NCBI GenBank assembly: GCA_036172245.1
Contig: JAYWIR010000139.1
Coordinates: 50,833-70,832, forward strand
DNA length: 20,000 nt
Source of the DNA: Raillietiella orientalis
Taxonomy: Eukaryota
Reading direction: 5' to 3'
Shown: positions 1 through 11,200 of the stretch, one piece after another
Position numbering within the stretch: position 1 is the first letter of the stretch
How the letters are laid out: every line of letters starts with the position of its first letter
Program-made: the position numbers and the translations under genes
Notes under the pieces: model-generated
Database searches by the model: none
Told to the model about the DNA's origin: nothing
The model's input: the letters and a program-made list of their open reading frames with translations, nothing else

Positions 1-1390
1 TGCTCCGCCCGGGAACAGCATATGTGTGTTCCGGGCTGATGAAGATGTTAACAACCCGTCCCAGACGCTCTGCCCACAGCTTGGCTAGCAACTTTGCGTC
101 TACATTTACTATTGTGATGGGATGCCAGTTGTCCATGCTCCTCAGGTCTCTTCCCTCAGGGAGGAGCCGCACCTTTGCTAAACAAAACGAGGTGGGAACG
201 TCACCTGTCTCGCAAATCTGCAGGGCGAGCTGATGTACCAGAAGAGTAAGCTCTGCCGCGGAAGTTTGATAAAAATTTGCAGGCAGGCCGTCCTCTCCTG
301 GAGTTTTCTTGAGCTTTCCGATGACCGAGATGATCTCGTCCATCGTGAAAGGCTCGTAAAGGCTCTTTTTTGTTCTCATCTTCGATCGCTGAAGCATCTT
401 CTGGAAGCAAAAGTCGTGAGACATCATGCTATGGAAACGCCCTGGCGTACAGCGAGGAGTAAAATTTACGGACAATCCCGCGCTTCTGAGCAGGAGCCGA
501 GTGCTCCCGGTTCTGGTCGTCCAGCAAGCTGGCCGATGCGTATTGCCAGGCTTGCCTCTCGGCTCGCGCTCGATACTCCGCTAGCCTGCGCATGTCTCGG
601 GTTCTTGCATAACGTCGCGCCTGTAGATAGGACCTATGGTTACGCGGCCCCTCCCCAAATCCCACAGGTAGGCGATGCAAAGGGAACTGATCGCAGAACT
701 CCTGGACCGGCCACTTTCAGCGGTCCCAGTCCTGAAGCGTCCGCATCCTGAAGCTCCGTATGAACGCATGGATATGTTCCGCCGCGTCCGGGAGCTTCAG
801 CCAGTCCCATGACAGACGGTACGCTGATGAGGGGAGCCCTTGTCGCGCGGATGCACTTCGAACACTATTTAGCCATGGTCCGAAAGCTCGGACGGTAACT
901 TCCCGCCTTCGCCCACGCGAGAGCATTGGTGCGGGTCAAGGTACACGTGATCGATGCTGCGTTCCATGTCCGTATCTCTGGCCAGCAAGTTGCACGTATG
1001 CATTTGTGCGCACAACTCGTTGGAGCGGTCGTTCAGTGTACCCTGCGCACCTGAAACCAGGCGCAGGTTTAAATCACCTGCGATCAAGTGCGCTTTACGA
1101 ACAATTACTCTGGTCAGTCATTCGAATCCGAGGGCAAGGTAGAATTCTCTAATAGCCTTAGCCCTCAACGCGTCGTTACTGCTAGGACCGTACAGGTTGG
1201 TGACGACCACGTCGATTGAGTCGGACCAGCTGAGAGTCAGCCGAACGACGCGACCGGCGTCATCAAACCGTACGTCCTTTTTGCGGCCTCGATGGAAGGC
1301 CGGAGCAGGAAGGCGACACCTCTTAATTTCGCGGTGCTGCAGCGCCACAGCAGCCATCCACCCGAGATCCGTTCCATCTGCTGCGTTCGC
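1..1390 (-). mobile_element. LINE segment A (family 1): decayed ORF2 fragment with most of the APE, the linker and the RT N-terminus; continues beyond the left edge
   Basis: Minus-strand translation across frameshifts: QQMERISGGWLLWR..RGVAFLLRP, VTNLYGP, AGDLN..SIDHVYLD..SELSDH (869-1087), RKFYSSLY (429-680), KTPGEDGLPANFY..KVRLLPEGRDLRSMDNWHPITIVNVDAKLLAKLWAERLG..SPEHTYAVPGRS (1-307). Confidence 0.93.
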
Positions 1391-1472
1391 ACAGTGCAGA
1401 CGTTTTCGCGTCTCTCCGCGTCCGCGATCGAGCATCTTTGTGCGTGAGTTTTCGCTCGCAATTGTGTGTTTC

Positions 1473-2594
1473 ATGGAAGTGGACGAAGCAGCGTTGTGCA
1501 GCATGGCCACTTCTGGAAATGGTGTGAAGGAGACAGCCGTTGAATTCGAATCAATTGAAATGGAAGCGGCTGCATCCTCCGTGACGGTTTCCTCGCCTTC
1601 AATGAGGAGCTACGCCGCTGTCACCTCCCAGAGAGCATGACCCTGCGCTGCGGAGTTTTAGGCTTATGTGGCATCCGGCTGCATGCTTGCACTCCGTTTT
1701 AATGTCAGTGGGCCCCTTAACGGGAGGATCGGGCGAGCTCAACGACGAGCTCTTCCGGATCGGGGTTCGGGAGGAGGAGCTTCTTGCCATCATGCCTGCA
1801 GGCAGGATGGAATATACGTAGATACTAGATAAGTGTGCTGGTAAAGTTCGCCACCGTGCACGCTCTGTGGAGGAGGCCCAATCCTCTGAAGGATTTCCCC
1901 TCTGTCCACATTGGACAAGCCTCCGCGCAGATCACCGTCGTGAACAGGCGTGTTGTGCCCGAGAAGCTGCAGGTGAAAGGCACGGTCGTTCACCTGTGGT
2001 TTATAGAACAGAATCGCGCGTGCGAGCTGTGCGGCAAGGAGGGACACCGAAAGAAGGAATGTTCCACCCCGAAATTCCGCTGCTGCAAAGAAACCGGGCA
2101 CGAAATAAAAAAGTGCATGGTCCTTGCAATGAAAAAAGTAGCAGCGGAAGTTCGTCGCGTTCAAGATACCAACGCACGAAAGGCCGCTGCCCCCAAGAAA
2201 AAACAGTGTCCGCGGAGTCTTGGCAAAAGACCCAAGCAATACGCTGCTATACAAAACGCGTCCCCGCCCGCAACGCCCCAAAAGGGAGAAATCGCGGCGA
2301 AGAAGCCATTTCAAAAGGGGCGCGAGGGCGCGACGCGTGCCGTGCCCGCTCTCGCTGCCGTACTCGGAAGCAATTCTCCAAGCCAGGAACCAAGAAATTT
2401 CCGAAGACCCTCAGTAGGAAAGGTAGGAGAGCAGGAAGATCGCCACCGGGCGAATACTTCCAGCTCTAACCCGCTGTCCCTTCGGAAATCGGCAAAGTCC
2501 CAATCCTACGCAGGGGCCTCTGCGTAGGATAGTCGCCAGCGGCGCGCCGTGCGAAATCACTCTGCAGACAGTCGCCCCTTCACCGACTCGGCAA
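1473..2594 (+). pseudogene. ORF1 (gag-like zinc-knuckle nucleic-acid-binding protein), disrupted
   Basis: SYAAV motif. AAEF*AYVASG and ELFRIGVREEELLAI align with F's AAEVQAYIKEG and AIRRMGISDEEILCF. Knuckle CELCGKEGHRKKEC plus a decayed FRCCKETGHEIKKC. Stops at 1638, 1659 and 2525, frameshifts, and an internal deletion near 1825. Confidence 0.85.
2579..2594 (+). repeat. Candidate TSD of C, left copy (right copy at 8242-8257)
   Basis: TTCACCGACTCGGCAA versus TTTACCGAATCGTCAA, 13/16 identical. The left copy directly abuts C's tail. Confidence 0.65.
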
Positions 2595-2687
2595 TTTTCC
2601 CTAAGTCCCACAAGGAATGGGTTGAATTTATTTCCCATTTTTTAAAACACATTCATTCTACAATCACATTCATACAACATACCCACT

Positions 2688-5600
2688 TTACATCACTCTG
2701 AATTTCCTGAGGATATTACAAGTTCTGCTTTCAGGTTCGGTTTCCACATGTTTGTTCCCGGGCGTCGTCTTCAATCCTCTTCAGGATGAATCGGTAGGTC
2801 CAGGCAAGGATTCGCCCACAATTCCTCATGTCGATCTCCTTCTTGATGAGTCCTTAAAGGATCTCTATCATAGGTGCGGCTCTCCTGGCTTTCCTCATCT
2901 TCCACCACCGCACAAGTATGGCGGTGATGAAGAGGCTTCCTCACCATGGGATTGTAACAGGGAACATTACCATCTCCCTGAAACATCCCGGCGAGTATCT
3001 CCATTGTGGAGCTGGTGGAGAGTCCAATGATCCTTTTCAGGATCAGCCAGTCATGCAGCAGTGTGGGACACGTCAAGACGTGAAGTCTCGTGTCGTCGTC
3101 TCCACATGCTGCGCAGTCTCGGTCTTCCCGTCTTCCTGTGATGTGCTGCAATCGGGACCCACTCTGGATTCCTCCGTGATAAAACATCAGGAGGTCATCC
3201 TGGGTGCCCTGCGGAAGGTCACTCCTCCAGAGCGTCGTGCCGATCGCTAACAGGTTGATCCGGTCACTCCCGTAGCGACCGGCGGCTCCTTGTAAGGCAC
3301 TAATGTATCGATCGTCTTCTTTGATGAGTCTTCGGAGGTTTATTTTGGTCACCCTGGACTACGCGAGGTCGTTGTGGTTGGTCCACACCTCGCGGGTCAT
3401 GTGGTTGAACCTTCGTAACATCATCTCTATAAACCTAAGTATACGAGTGTGGTGTGGGTAGCCTCCTCTTCTCCACTGCTGGATTCGAAGCAGGGTAACT
3501 CTGGACCGCCTGTAGATCCAGCTTCTTGTGTCCGAGGGAACCGGAAGCATCCAAGGCATCACCACGATAGACTCCTCCTTCTAGAGTTCCCTGCTTTGCG
3601 GTACAATCTTGATTTTGTGCTTTCGCACCAGTCGTTGCTTCCTCGTCCAGGTTGGGTCGATTTTTTTCCATTCGCCTGCTCGGCCTAGCAGCGCAGTCAT
3701 CAGACCTTTCGAGTTGTTCAACAACAACGCGTAGACCCTGTGCGCCGCATAAGGACAGTCATCCCAGTGAGTGGCAATGTCCAGGAAGTGTCGCGTATCC
3801 ATGATTTCTATGGAGTGTTCAAGCGACTTCATCCCGGAACCGCCTTCTTCCCTGGGACGACACAGGGGTTTGAGCCGTACTCTTGGTCGGTAATGGCCCC
3901 ACAGTGTTTTGCGTTGCAGCTTTTCGAACTCCCTCGTGGTTTCCTTGTTCATCCTCCCGAAGGCCGCTCCGAAGAGTACCTTTGGAAGGAGTACTACGTT
4001 CCACAGGTTGGCCCTTCGCTTCATCCCAAAGTCCAGTCAAGTGTATTTTGCTGCCTCCTTGACCGTTTTCCCCAGGATTTCCGTCCACAGTAGCTTCGAC
4101 ACGGAGTCGTGGGCTGTGTGGACTCATAGGTACTTGGCCGTGTGTACCGTACGGAATCTGGTTTTCGTGAGGGCGGAGAGATCCTGTATTCCGACGGGCA
4201 AAAGCTGGCTGTTCTGGGCATTGATCTTCAAGCCCAGTCCATCTTTCATAAGGCTCTCCACATCCAGGAACGTTTGTTGATCCCTCTCTCCTCTTATGAA
4301 GAAGAGGAGATCGTCGGAGTAGGATAGATGGGTGAGCTTCTGGTCGTCTACGTTCACTCCGTTCAAACGTCCGATCTTCTCGACGAAAGAAGAGAGCGCC
4401 TCCATTTAGATAACGAACAGCATCGGACTTAGCGAGTCGGCCTGCCGAACTCCTCGTCCCATCCGAATGACTGCCGTTTCCATTCCATTGATTTTAATCC
4501 GGAAGTGTTGATTCCGTAGGATCATTTGCACGACGAAGCTGAAGTATTCTGGAAGTCTTAGCTTTTCCAAAATCTTCAGCAGCATCCCGTGGTCGATGGT
4601 GTGGAAGGCTTTCTTTATGTCTGTGAACGCAAGCACCAGGTTCTCGCCGACGTATCGGCTAAGTCCCACGATAGCTTGAGCGCACTTGACATTGTCCAGC
4701 ATGTGGCTCCAGGGTACCGCACACGTCTGAACAGGAGATATCAGCCTCGACATATCTTTGCCTAAACGGTTGGCCCAGATCTTTGCCAACCACTTGGCAT
4801 CCGAGTTAAGGATCAAGATTGGCCTCCATTGGCCTATCCTGGATAGGTCGTCTCCTTTCGGCAACAATCTCGTCCTGCTCTCGTTGGAGGACTCCGGCAG
4901 TCGTCCTTCTTGTCGGATGCAGAGGGTCAACTGGTGCAATAAACGCAGGTAGGAGTGCAGGTACCTCTGATAATGAGAGATGGGGACATCATCAGGGCCT
5001 GCTGCCACGTCCTTGCGTAATTGACCGAACGCAGTCTTCACCTCTTCTTCGGTAAAATGCTCCTCCAGTCTCTTCCGCTGGAGGTCGTCAAGCTTCTTTT
5101 CAAGATAGCCCAGGAAGGTGTTTGGCGTAGCCAGATACAGTTGTTCGCGTCGAAAGCGTTCCGTATAATGCCTTTCGAAGACATCTACGATATCTTCAGA
5201 CGTGTGTCGACTTTGATTACCGTACTGGATGCAGAAGATATCTGTTGCCAGATTTCTCTTCTCCAGCACGCCGACTTCCCCTTTTACATTATGGAAGACG
5301 TACCGTCTCTCGTACTCCTCGAAGTACTTGGAGAGTGAGCGATCTTGGATGTTCAGCTCACGGTATGCCTCCTGCCTCAAGCGCCTATCCCTGAATTGCA
5401 TATTTGCAAACAGGTATATCCTGTGTTTCACGCTGTCCCAGTGGGCGACTTTTCTGATTTTTGTGGTCTTCAGAATCGTTTTCAGGACCTCCTAATGTCC
5501 AATGTGTCTCGAACCAGGCAAGCATGCTGATGAGCGCCGCCCTGGTGCCTTGCCTCCGCCGAGGATTCTCCGTTTTTAGGAAAAACCGCACCAACGGGTG

Positions 5601-6240
5601 ATCGGACAGAGTGGTCAATGTGTCTCGAAAATCCTGAATGCGATTCCCTAGTTCGGTGCTGTGAAGGACGTGATCGATCGGCTTGTGACTTGCTGTTCGC
5701 CACACCAGTCAGAACTCGTCCGACAGCCACCGAAACGCCTTCTTCCTGAGGCGTCCTGGAATCTTGTGTGTTCGTCTAGGATATTAAGATCGCCAGCAAC
5801 GATCACGACGTCCTTGGACGCGACCTTCTCCCGGAGTGCTGCATACAGTGCCTCCGCACATCGATGTTTGTACCTGTGTGGCTTGTACACGTTTACCCAG
5901 GAAAGGTGAACGTGAGGGGTCCAGGCCAGTCATACGCCGATTATACGTCCCTGCAAGCGACAGAAGATTTTCAGAATGGTAGGAGCCAGTTGGTTCTTGA
6001 CCAAGACCTCCACACCCTGCGTGTTTCGTTCTCCTTCGCTGACGAGCATCTGCTCATTAAAACGTCGTTCCATTTGCTGGATGATTTGGACACCCAACGT
6101 GTGGGTCTCCTGCAGGCACACGATGTCTTGCCGATGTCTTGTTGTGCGATGATCCGCACAATCTTCTTTCTCTTCCTCTTGTCGACTAACCCATTTACGT
6201 TCCAGGAGGCGATGTTGATGTTCCTGGCGGTCGACAGGTA
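2688..6240 (-). pseudogene. ORF2 of C: APE endonuclease, reverse transcriptase and CCHC finger; disrupted
   Basis: IASWNVNG, DIVCLQETH, NVYKP, AGDLN, IDHV, LSDH; AAGPDD, RLLPKGDDLSRIGQWRPILILNSDAK, QTCAVP, DIKKAF, GVRQADSLSP, YSDD, KYL, REEGGSG; CAACGDDDTRLHVLTC. Several stops and frameshifts. Ends are approximate. Confidence 0.93.
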
Positions 6241-8030
6241 TTAGGTAATAAAGGGGAAGACAGACTTTTTGGCCTTCCTGAGCTTCTTCTGTCTGGGAGA
6301 GCGTGCTTTTCCAGACGATGAAGAAGGAGCGGGTTTTGCAGCTAGCAGCGTTATTCTCCGTCCCGGTGAGCTCGGTGAATTCAGCCTCCTCCGTAGAGTG
6401 TTCTGCTCGCGCGATAAGTTTCCTAGGTATATCCTCTATCGCCACCTTTGCGCAGAAGTTCGCCTTAATGTCGAGAAGCTGTTCCTTTAGTCTCTCGCGC
6501 TCGGTAACTTCCACCACCTTATTCACCGTCTCCTGTGCGTTGCAGATCTTCTGCAGGATTTGCTTTTGCTTGGGCCCGCTTTGCACCTCGATCACTTCTT
6601 ACGCCAGTTTAGCCAGCTCTTCGGTGGACTGCAGGGCCTCCTAAGACAATGGAGTGGCTTCTTTTTCCACCTTTGCTTCTTCCAGTGCTGTCTCCATTTT
6701 CTAGCCTTCCGCTGCTCTTTCTGGGGTAAGAGAGGCTTTCTGCTCCTTGATGAGCATCTTTTTCTTTCCCTTTTTACCGACTTCAATAAGACCGTTCGCC
6801 GATACCGGCAAGGCTTCCTTAGTCTTCTTCGGCCTTCCTGCCAACTTTTGAGGCCCTTCCGCCTCTTTTATATTCCTGTCTCTCACGGGAGAGAGTCCTC
6901 TGATCCCTCTACAAATGGCGAATTGAGGGCATCTCCATTTACCGTGCCCATGCGTCTTGAAGAAGGAACAAACCTCCGGCTGCGGCAGTTTTGGACTTGT
7001 TGTCCTATCTTGCCGCAGCGGTAGGATCGAGATGTTGAGCAAGCGCCTGCCCTGTGGCCAAACTGCTTGCATCCAATGCAAAATATTGGCGGTTGCCGAT
7101 AACGCACTTTCACACAATGTGATGGCTCATCAATGACTGCTATCCCAGGGATCACCGCGCCTTCCTTTAATTTTATGTTGGCGATCATGTCGCCAGAAAA
7201 GATTTTTCCTGAGAAGTTCTCGAACTCGAGGTAGAGAACTTCCCCAAACTTCTCCAAGTATTTCCACACCGTTAGTTGGAGTGTGTAGATGGATATGCTA
7301 TTTGAAAACACGGTCGTGTATGGCATCTTGCCAACGCCACAAACCATCCTTACTTGAATATTGATCTTCTTCTGGATCAATCCTTCCCTAATGTATTCAC
7401 AGTCCGCGAAGACCGTGAACCCGTTGTTGCTGGGAATGATTGCGTGGTTACGATCAAAATCTATGTCTGTTCTGTCTAGAGACAGATATATCTCCCTGAT
7501 ATTGTTGAACTTTATCAATCCAGTCTTAAAAATAGTAGGCTTCACCTCTGGCCATAACTGGACGATAGGCCGATCTACCTTTTTGACTTTCCCTCTTAGA
7601 CGTTTGCCGAATTTTCTTAGCGGATGCACACTGACCTTCCCCGCCGCCACCGATGCGTTCGAAAACGGCTGCACCTCCTCAGCCGAGCAAGATGGCGTCG
7701 CATCTTGCGCTCCCTGCACAGTGTGGACGCGCGCTGGTCCCGCCTGGGACGCCGCCGCGAGCGCAACCTCGACGTTGCCGCCACCGCTGCTGCGGGCGCA
7801 ACCCTTGGCATCGCCGCCGCAGGCATGTCCGTTGCCTCCGCGGGCGCGATCCTCGTCGTCAACGCCACAGGTACGACCTTCACCGTCGCCGCCGAAGACG
7901 CGATCCTTGGCATCGCCGCCACCGGCGCAGCGAAGCCCGCCGTGGGCGCGATCCTCGGCATCGCCGTTGCCATACGTTACCTCCATCTGCAAGGGGACGT
8001 CGGCCTCTTCTCTCCTGCTAATGCCTGCAT
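6241..8030 (-). pseudogene. ORF1 of C: repeat-containing N-terminus, RRM-like region, three zinc knuckles and a helical C-terminus; frameshifted
   Basis: ORF 6883-7992 contains YLEKFGEV..FSG..IANIKLK, CIGCKQFGHRAGAC and a decayed YRCGKIGQQVQNC. CSFFKTHGHGKWRC lies in the next frame. K/E-rich helical tail in 6241-6800. Start codon uncertain (8030 or 7986). Confidence 0.85.
7790..7975 (-). repeat. Degenerate coding tandem repeat in C ORF1, about 5 units of GGD(A/G)xDR
   Basis: Plus-strand units resembling GCGATCCTYGGCATCGCCGCC near 7801, 7845, 7873, 7900 and 7948. Protein: GNGDAEDR, GGDAKDR, GGDGEGR, GVDDEDR, GGDAKGC. Confidence 0.75.
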
Positions 8031-8241
8031 CCTTGCAGCTAAAACTGCCGCTGAGGAAGTTTGAAGGTCTTCCGCTGTGATCTCCTCGGCGCTTCTTTTG
8101 TAGTTGTATGAGCAGATCCTACGCAGCACACTCTTGTCCACACTCACTTTCTTCTGGAAACTTTTTTTCTCCGGGCACACACGATCACAATTAACTAATC
8201 AACTGTCGTCGTGCGCGCTATACACTGAACCTTGAAGCCAG

Positions 8242-11200
8242 TTTACCGAATCGTCAACAAAGGAGCAATCTTCCGACTTCCAAAAAGGCGACTGCGCTAC
8301 CTCCTTTTCAAGGCGTGGCGAAAGCTACGCATTTAGATACGGTAGCGAAAACTCCGAAGGTTTCCGAGACGAAAGTCGCGGAAGCTTCCGGAAATCGTAA
8401 CGGCAAGTGGGAGATTGTCGAGAGGAGAAAAGAAAAATCTCACAGGAAGGCTTCGCAACCTCCATCTGTTAGCTGTTTTAAGGCAAACAACAGCCGCGTG
8501 AAGAAGAAAACCCGCGCGGAGGGTTCTTCTGCCCTGGAAAAAGCCAGCGCTGTCAACGCGTGCAATTTCGCCTCTATGACCGCCGAGCAAACGATTCCGG
8601 TGCGATCGGACGGATGCAAGCGCACGCCAATCGTGCGAGCATCAGATTCCGTAAAGGAGTCCTATAACGGCGCTCAACGACGTGTTACTGGCACGGGATC
8701 GAGAATTTGCAGGGCTGACGCCGTGAGGCGTGATACACACTCCGCGGAACGGCGAGTGCTCTCCCCGGGACCCGTAGGTTCCGCACTCGGGGAGAAGCAC
8801 CGATTACGCGCAGCACGGTGGAGACCGGTGGCAACCGCTCCCTCCATCCCTTCGTACTGTCTGCTGCCCGCTCGCCGGGAGAGGCGAGCACCACGGCCTC
8901 GCTATCCCAGCCGTGATGAGGGCGATCGCGTCTTCTCGTCGTGTTGCCGTGGCATGCTGCAACCTCAACGGTCTCCAACACGACAAGAAGAGGCGACTTG
9001 TGGCTAACGCTCTGCGCGACTTATACTTGACGCTCCTGCACGAGATTCACAGCATCTCCAAAGAGCAGGCTGCCAAAATCGAACTGCGCGCGGCGGAAGG
9101 TTACATTATAGGTGCGGCGTCGCACCAACGTGCGGCATCGCTTTCCTCGAACGAGGAACTTTGGCGGAAGCGGTGCACGGCGTTCGCTTCGACACGGAAG
9201 GCCGAGTTGGACAGCATGTACTTAAGTGGTCCGACTCGATCGACCTTGTCGTAACGAACGTTTTCGCGCATTGGGGTGCTGAACGATATGCCGAAAGGAC
9301 TGAGTTCTTCGGTACCGTTTAGAGCCAGTGGTTTTCTCGTGATCACTCTACTATGGCGCACTTCATTGCGGGGGACTTTAACGTGCACCTGCTGACCCAG
9401 AAAAGTGCACACAAAAGGGAAAAGTTCCTAGTAGAAAAGATGTTCGCTACCGTGCACACGTGCAACTTGTTCGCTAACAACCCTGTTATAGCAACATCAC
9501 CGGACCATGTATTTCTCGATGAACACTTGCTCTCTCGAGTGGGTCGGAGAGGTCGCATGCCGTCCGTGCTTTCAGACCACAACAGGCTCGAGTTCGAGCT
9601 GCTCCCGCCAGACACGGAGCGTCCGAATTGAGTTCGATGCCGGCAGACTAACTTAGTCACCCGGAGGAGGCGGAGCGTCCTCGCCAGTACCTCCGCGGCT
9701 TCGCCATAAGTGAGCTCGCGGACTGGGACGATCTGAAAAGAGCGGCTCGAGAGTTTTCCTGCCGGTTTCCCTTGCAACAGCTTCCGCGCGGCTTCGAAGA
9801 GGGTGTAGCCAACAGCAGAGATTCTCTGCAGGCCCGCTCCTACTTCAGGCGCGCGGACGTTGGTCGATTATCCGAGTACAAGGCCACGGCCGAGCGCCAG
9901 GTCTGGCAGACAGGGGCGACACTTCTGCTCGACGACCAGGACTGTGAACGTTCGGCTCCAGCCAACGTGCGACGGATAGACAGGTGCTATTAATCTTCTC
10001 TGTATGAAGAGGCACCGACGGAACGAAGTCTCTCCGAGCTGATTTTCCCGATTGATGCACCTGTTGTAGACGAGAAGGAACGCGCGCGTCTCCATGAGCC
10101 CTTCACGGCAGAGGAACTTTCTCCGGCCATCTCGGGACTCAAGAGACGAGAAGCGCCAGGTGAGGATGGACTCCTCGCGTAATTCTTTCAGTGTTTTGCG
10201 GCGGAGCTCATCCCCCTGGTGCTCCAACTCTCGTCGCTGATGCGAGACTCGGGCGATGTCCCCGCCTCGTTTCGCTCAGCGAAGGTGCGTCTACTGCCGA
10301 AAGGCGGAGATTTGCGCCAACTGAACAACTGGCGTCCGATCACATTAGTGAATTCGGACGTCAAGTTGTTCTCGAAACTTCGGGAGGCGCAAATGGGGAA
10401 AATCGCGGAGTCTGTGGTAAGTCCGGAGCAGACGTACGCTGTTCCTGGGCGGTCCATGGACGCGAATCTCTTGTTTATCCGCACATGGCTGCAATTGCAG
10501 CATCGTGTGGTGGTGGATCGTTGTGCGGAAGCGACGCCGTCGGTCTCTCTCCGACGGAGGCGCGGGACGCAAAGGGAGACACCGGGAGCCTTGGCGGTTG
10601 CAGTCGATCTGCACAAAGCTTACGATTGCGTGAAATAAAAGGTTCTTCTTTAGCTTTTGGAACGTCTTCGTCTTCCGGCATCCCAGTTGGCGTACTTGCG
10701 CTCCTGCTGGTGCCACGCGATAACATCCATTGTTTTCAGTGGCTGTCGCGTGTACGGCGTTTTGGATACGCGAGGAATTAGGCAGAATGATAGCTTGAGC
10801 CCGCATCACTTCAGCATGTATTTTGAATTGGTGCTGGAGGCTTACATGCTGACGCTAGCCAACCTGCCGAGCTCCTGTCCAGGTACGCCGGCCGTTGCCG
10901 CCTATGCAAACGACCAGCTGCTCCTGTTGCCCATGTCCACCCCGGCAGCGTCGCTTGAAGATTTCTTTGAGTTTATCCGTCGCGGTGCTAGCGTGAGCGT
11001 CAATAGGAGCAAGTGCATGGTTGTTTTGGTTGGAGCGACGTGGGAGGGGCAGTCCGACTGGATCCGCCTGGGGATCCCCACCGGCAGGTACCTAAGGTAC
11101 CTTGGCGTGCCGTTGGGCGATTTCTGCATCTCAGAGGCGTGGTCGGACTGCCTTCGGAAGGCAGAGCGTGCACTTGACCAGTTCTCAGGATGCGAGTTCG

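Larger units (their letters stand above)
1392..2594 (+). mobile_element. LINE segment B (family 1): 5' UTR and 5' part of ORF1; probably the 5' half of the element that continues as D
   Basis: Starts where A homology stops, at CAGTGCAGACG. ORF1 homology to F runs from ATG 1473. Ends at the 3' tail of C. Confidence 0.8.
2595..8241 (-). mobile_element. LINE C (family 2): essentially full-length ~5.6 kb L1/Tx1-like element, decayed
   Basis: 5' UTR, ORF1, ORF2 and 3' UTR in order on the minus strand. AATAAA at 2632-2627 and terminal GAAAA at 2599-2595. Flanked by a candidate TSD. Confidence 0.92.

Noticed and set aside
6236..6243. TAATA at the C ORF1/ORF2 junction as a decayed TAATG
   Set aside because: The implied start would be out of frame with WNVNG, so it cannot be supported without a consensus.
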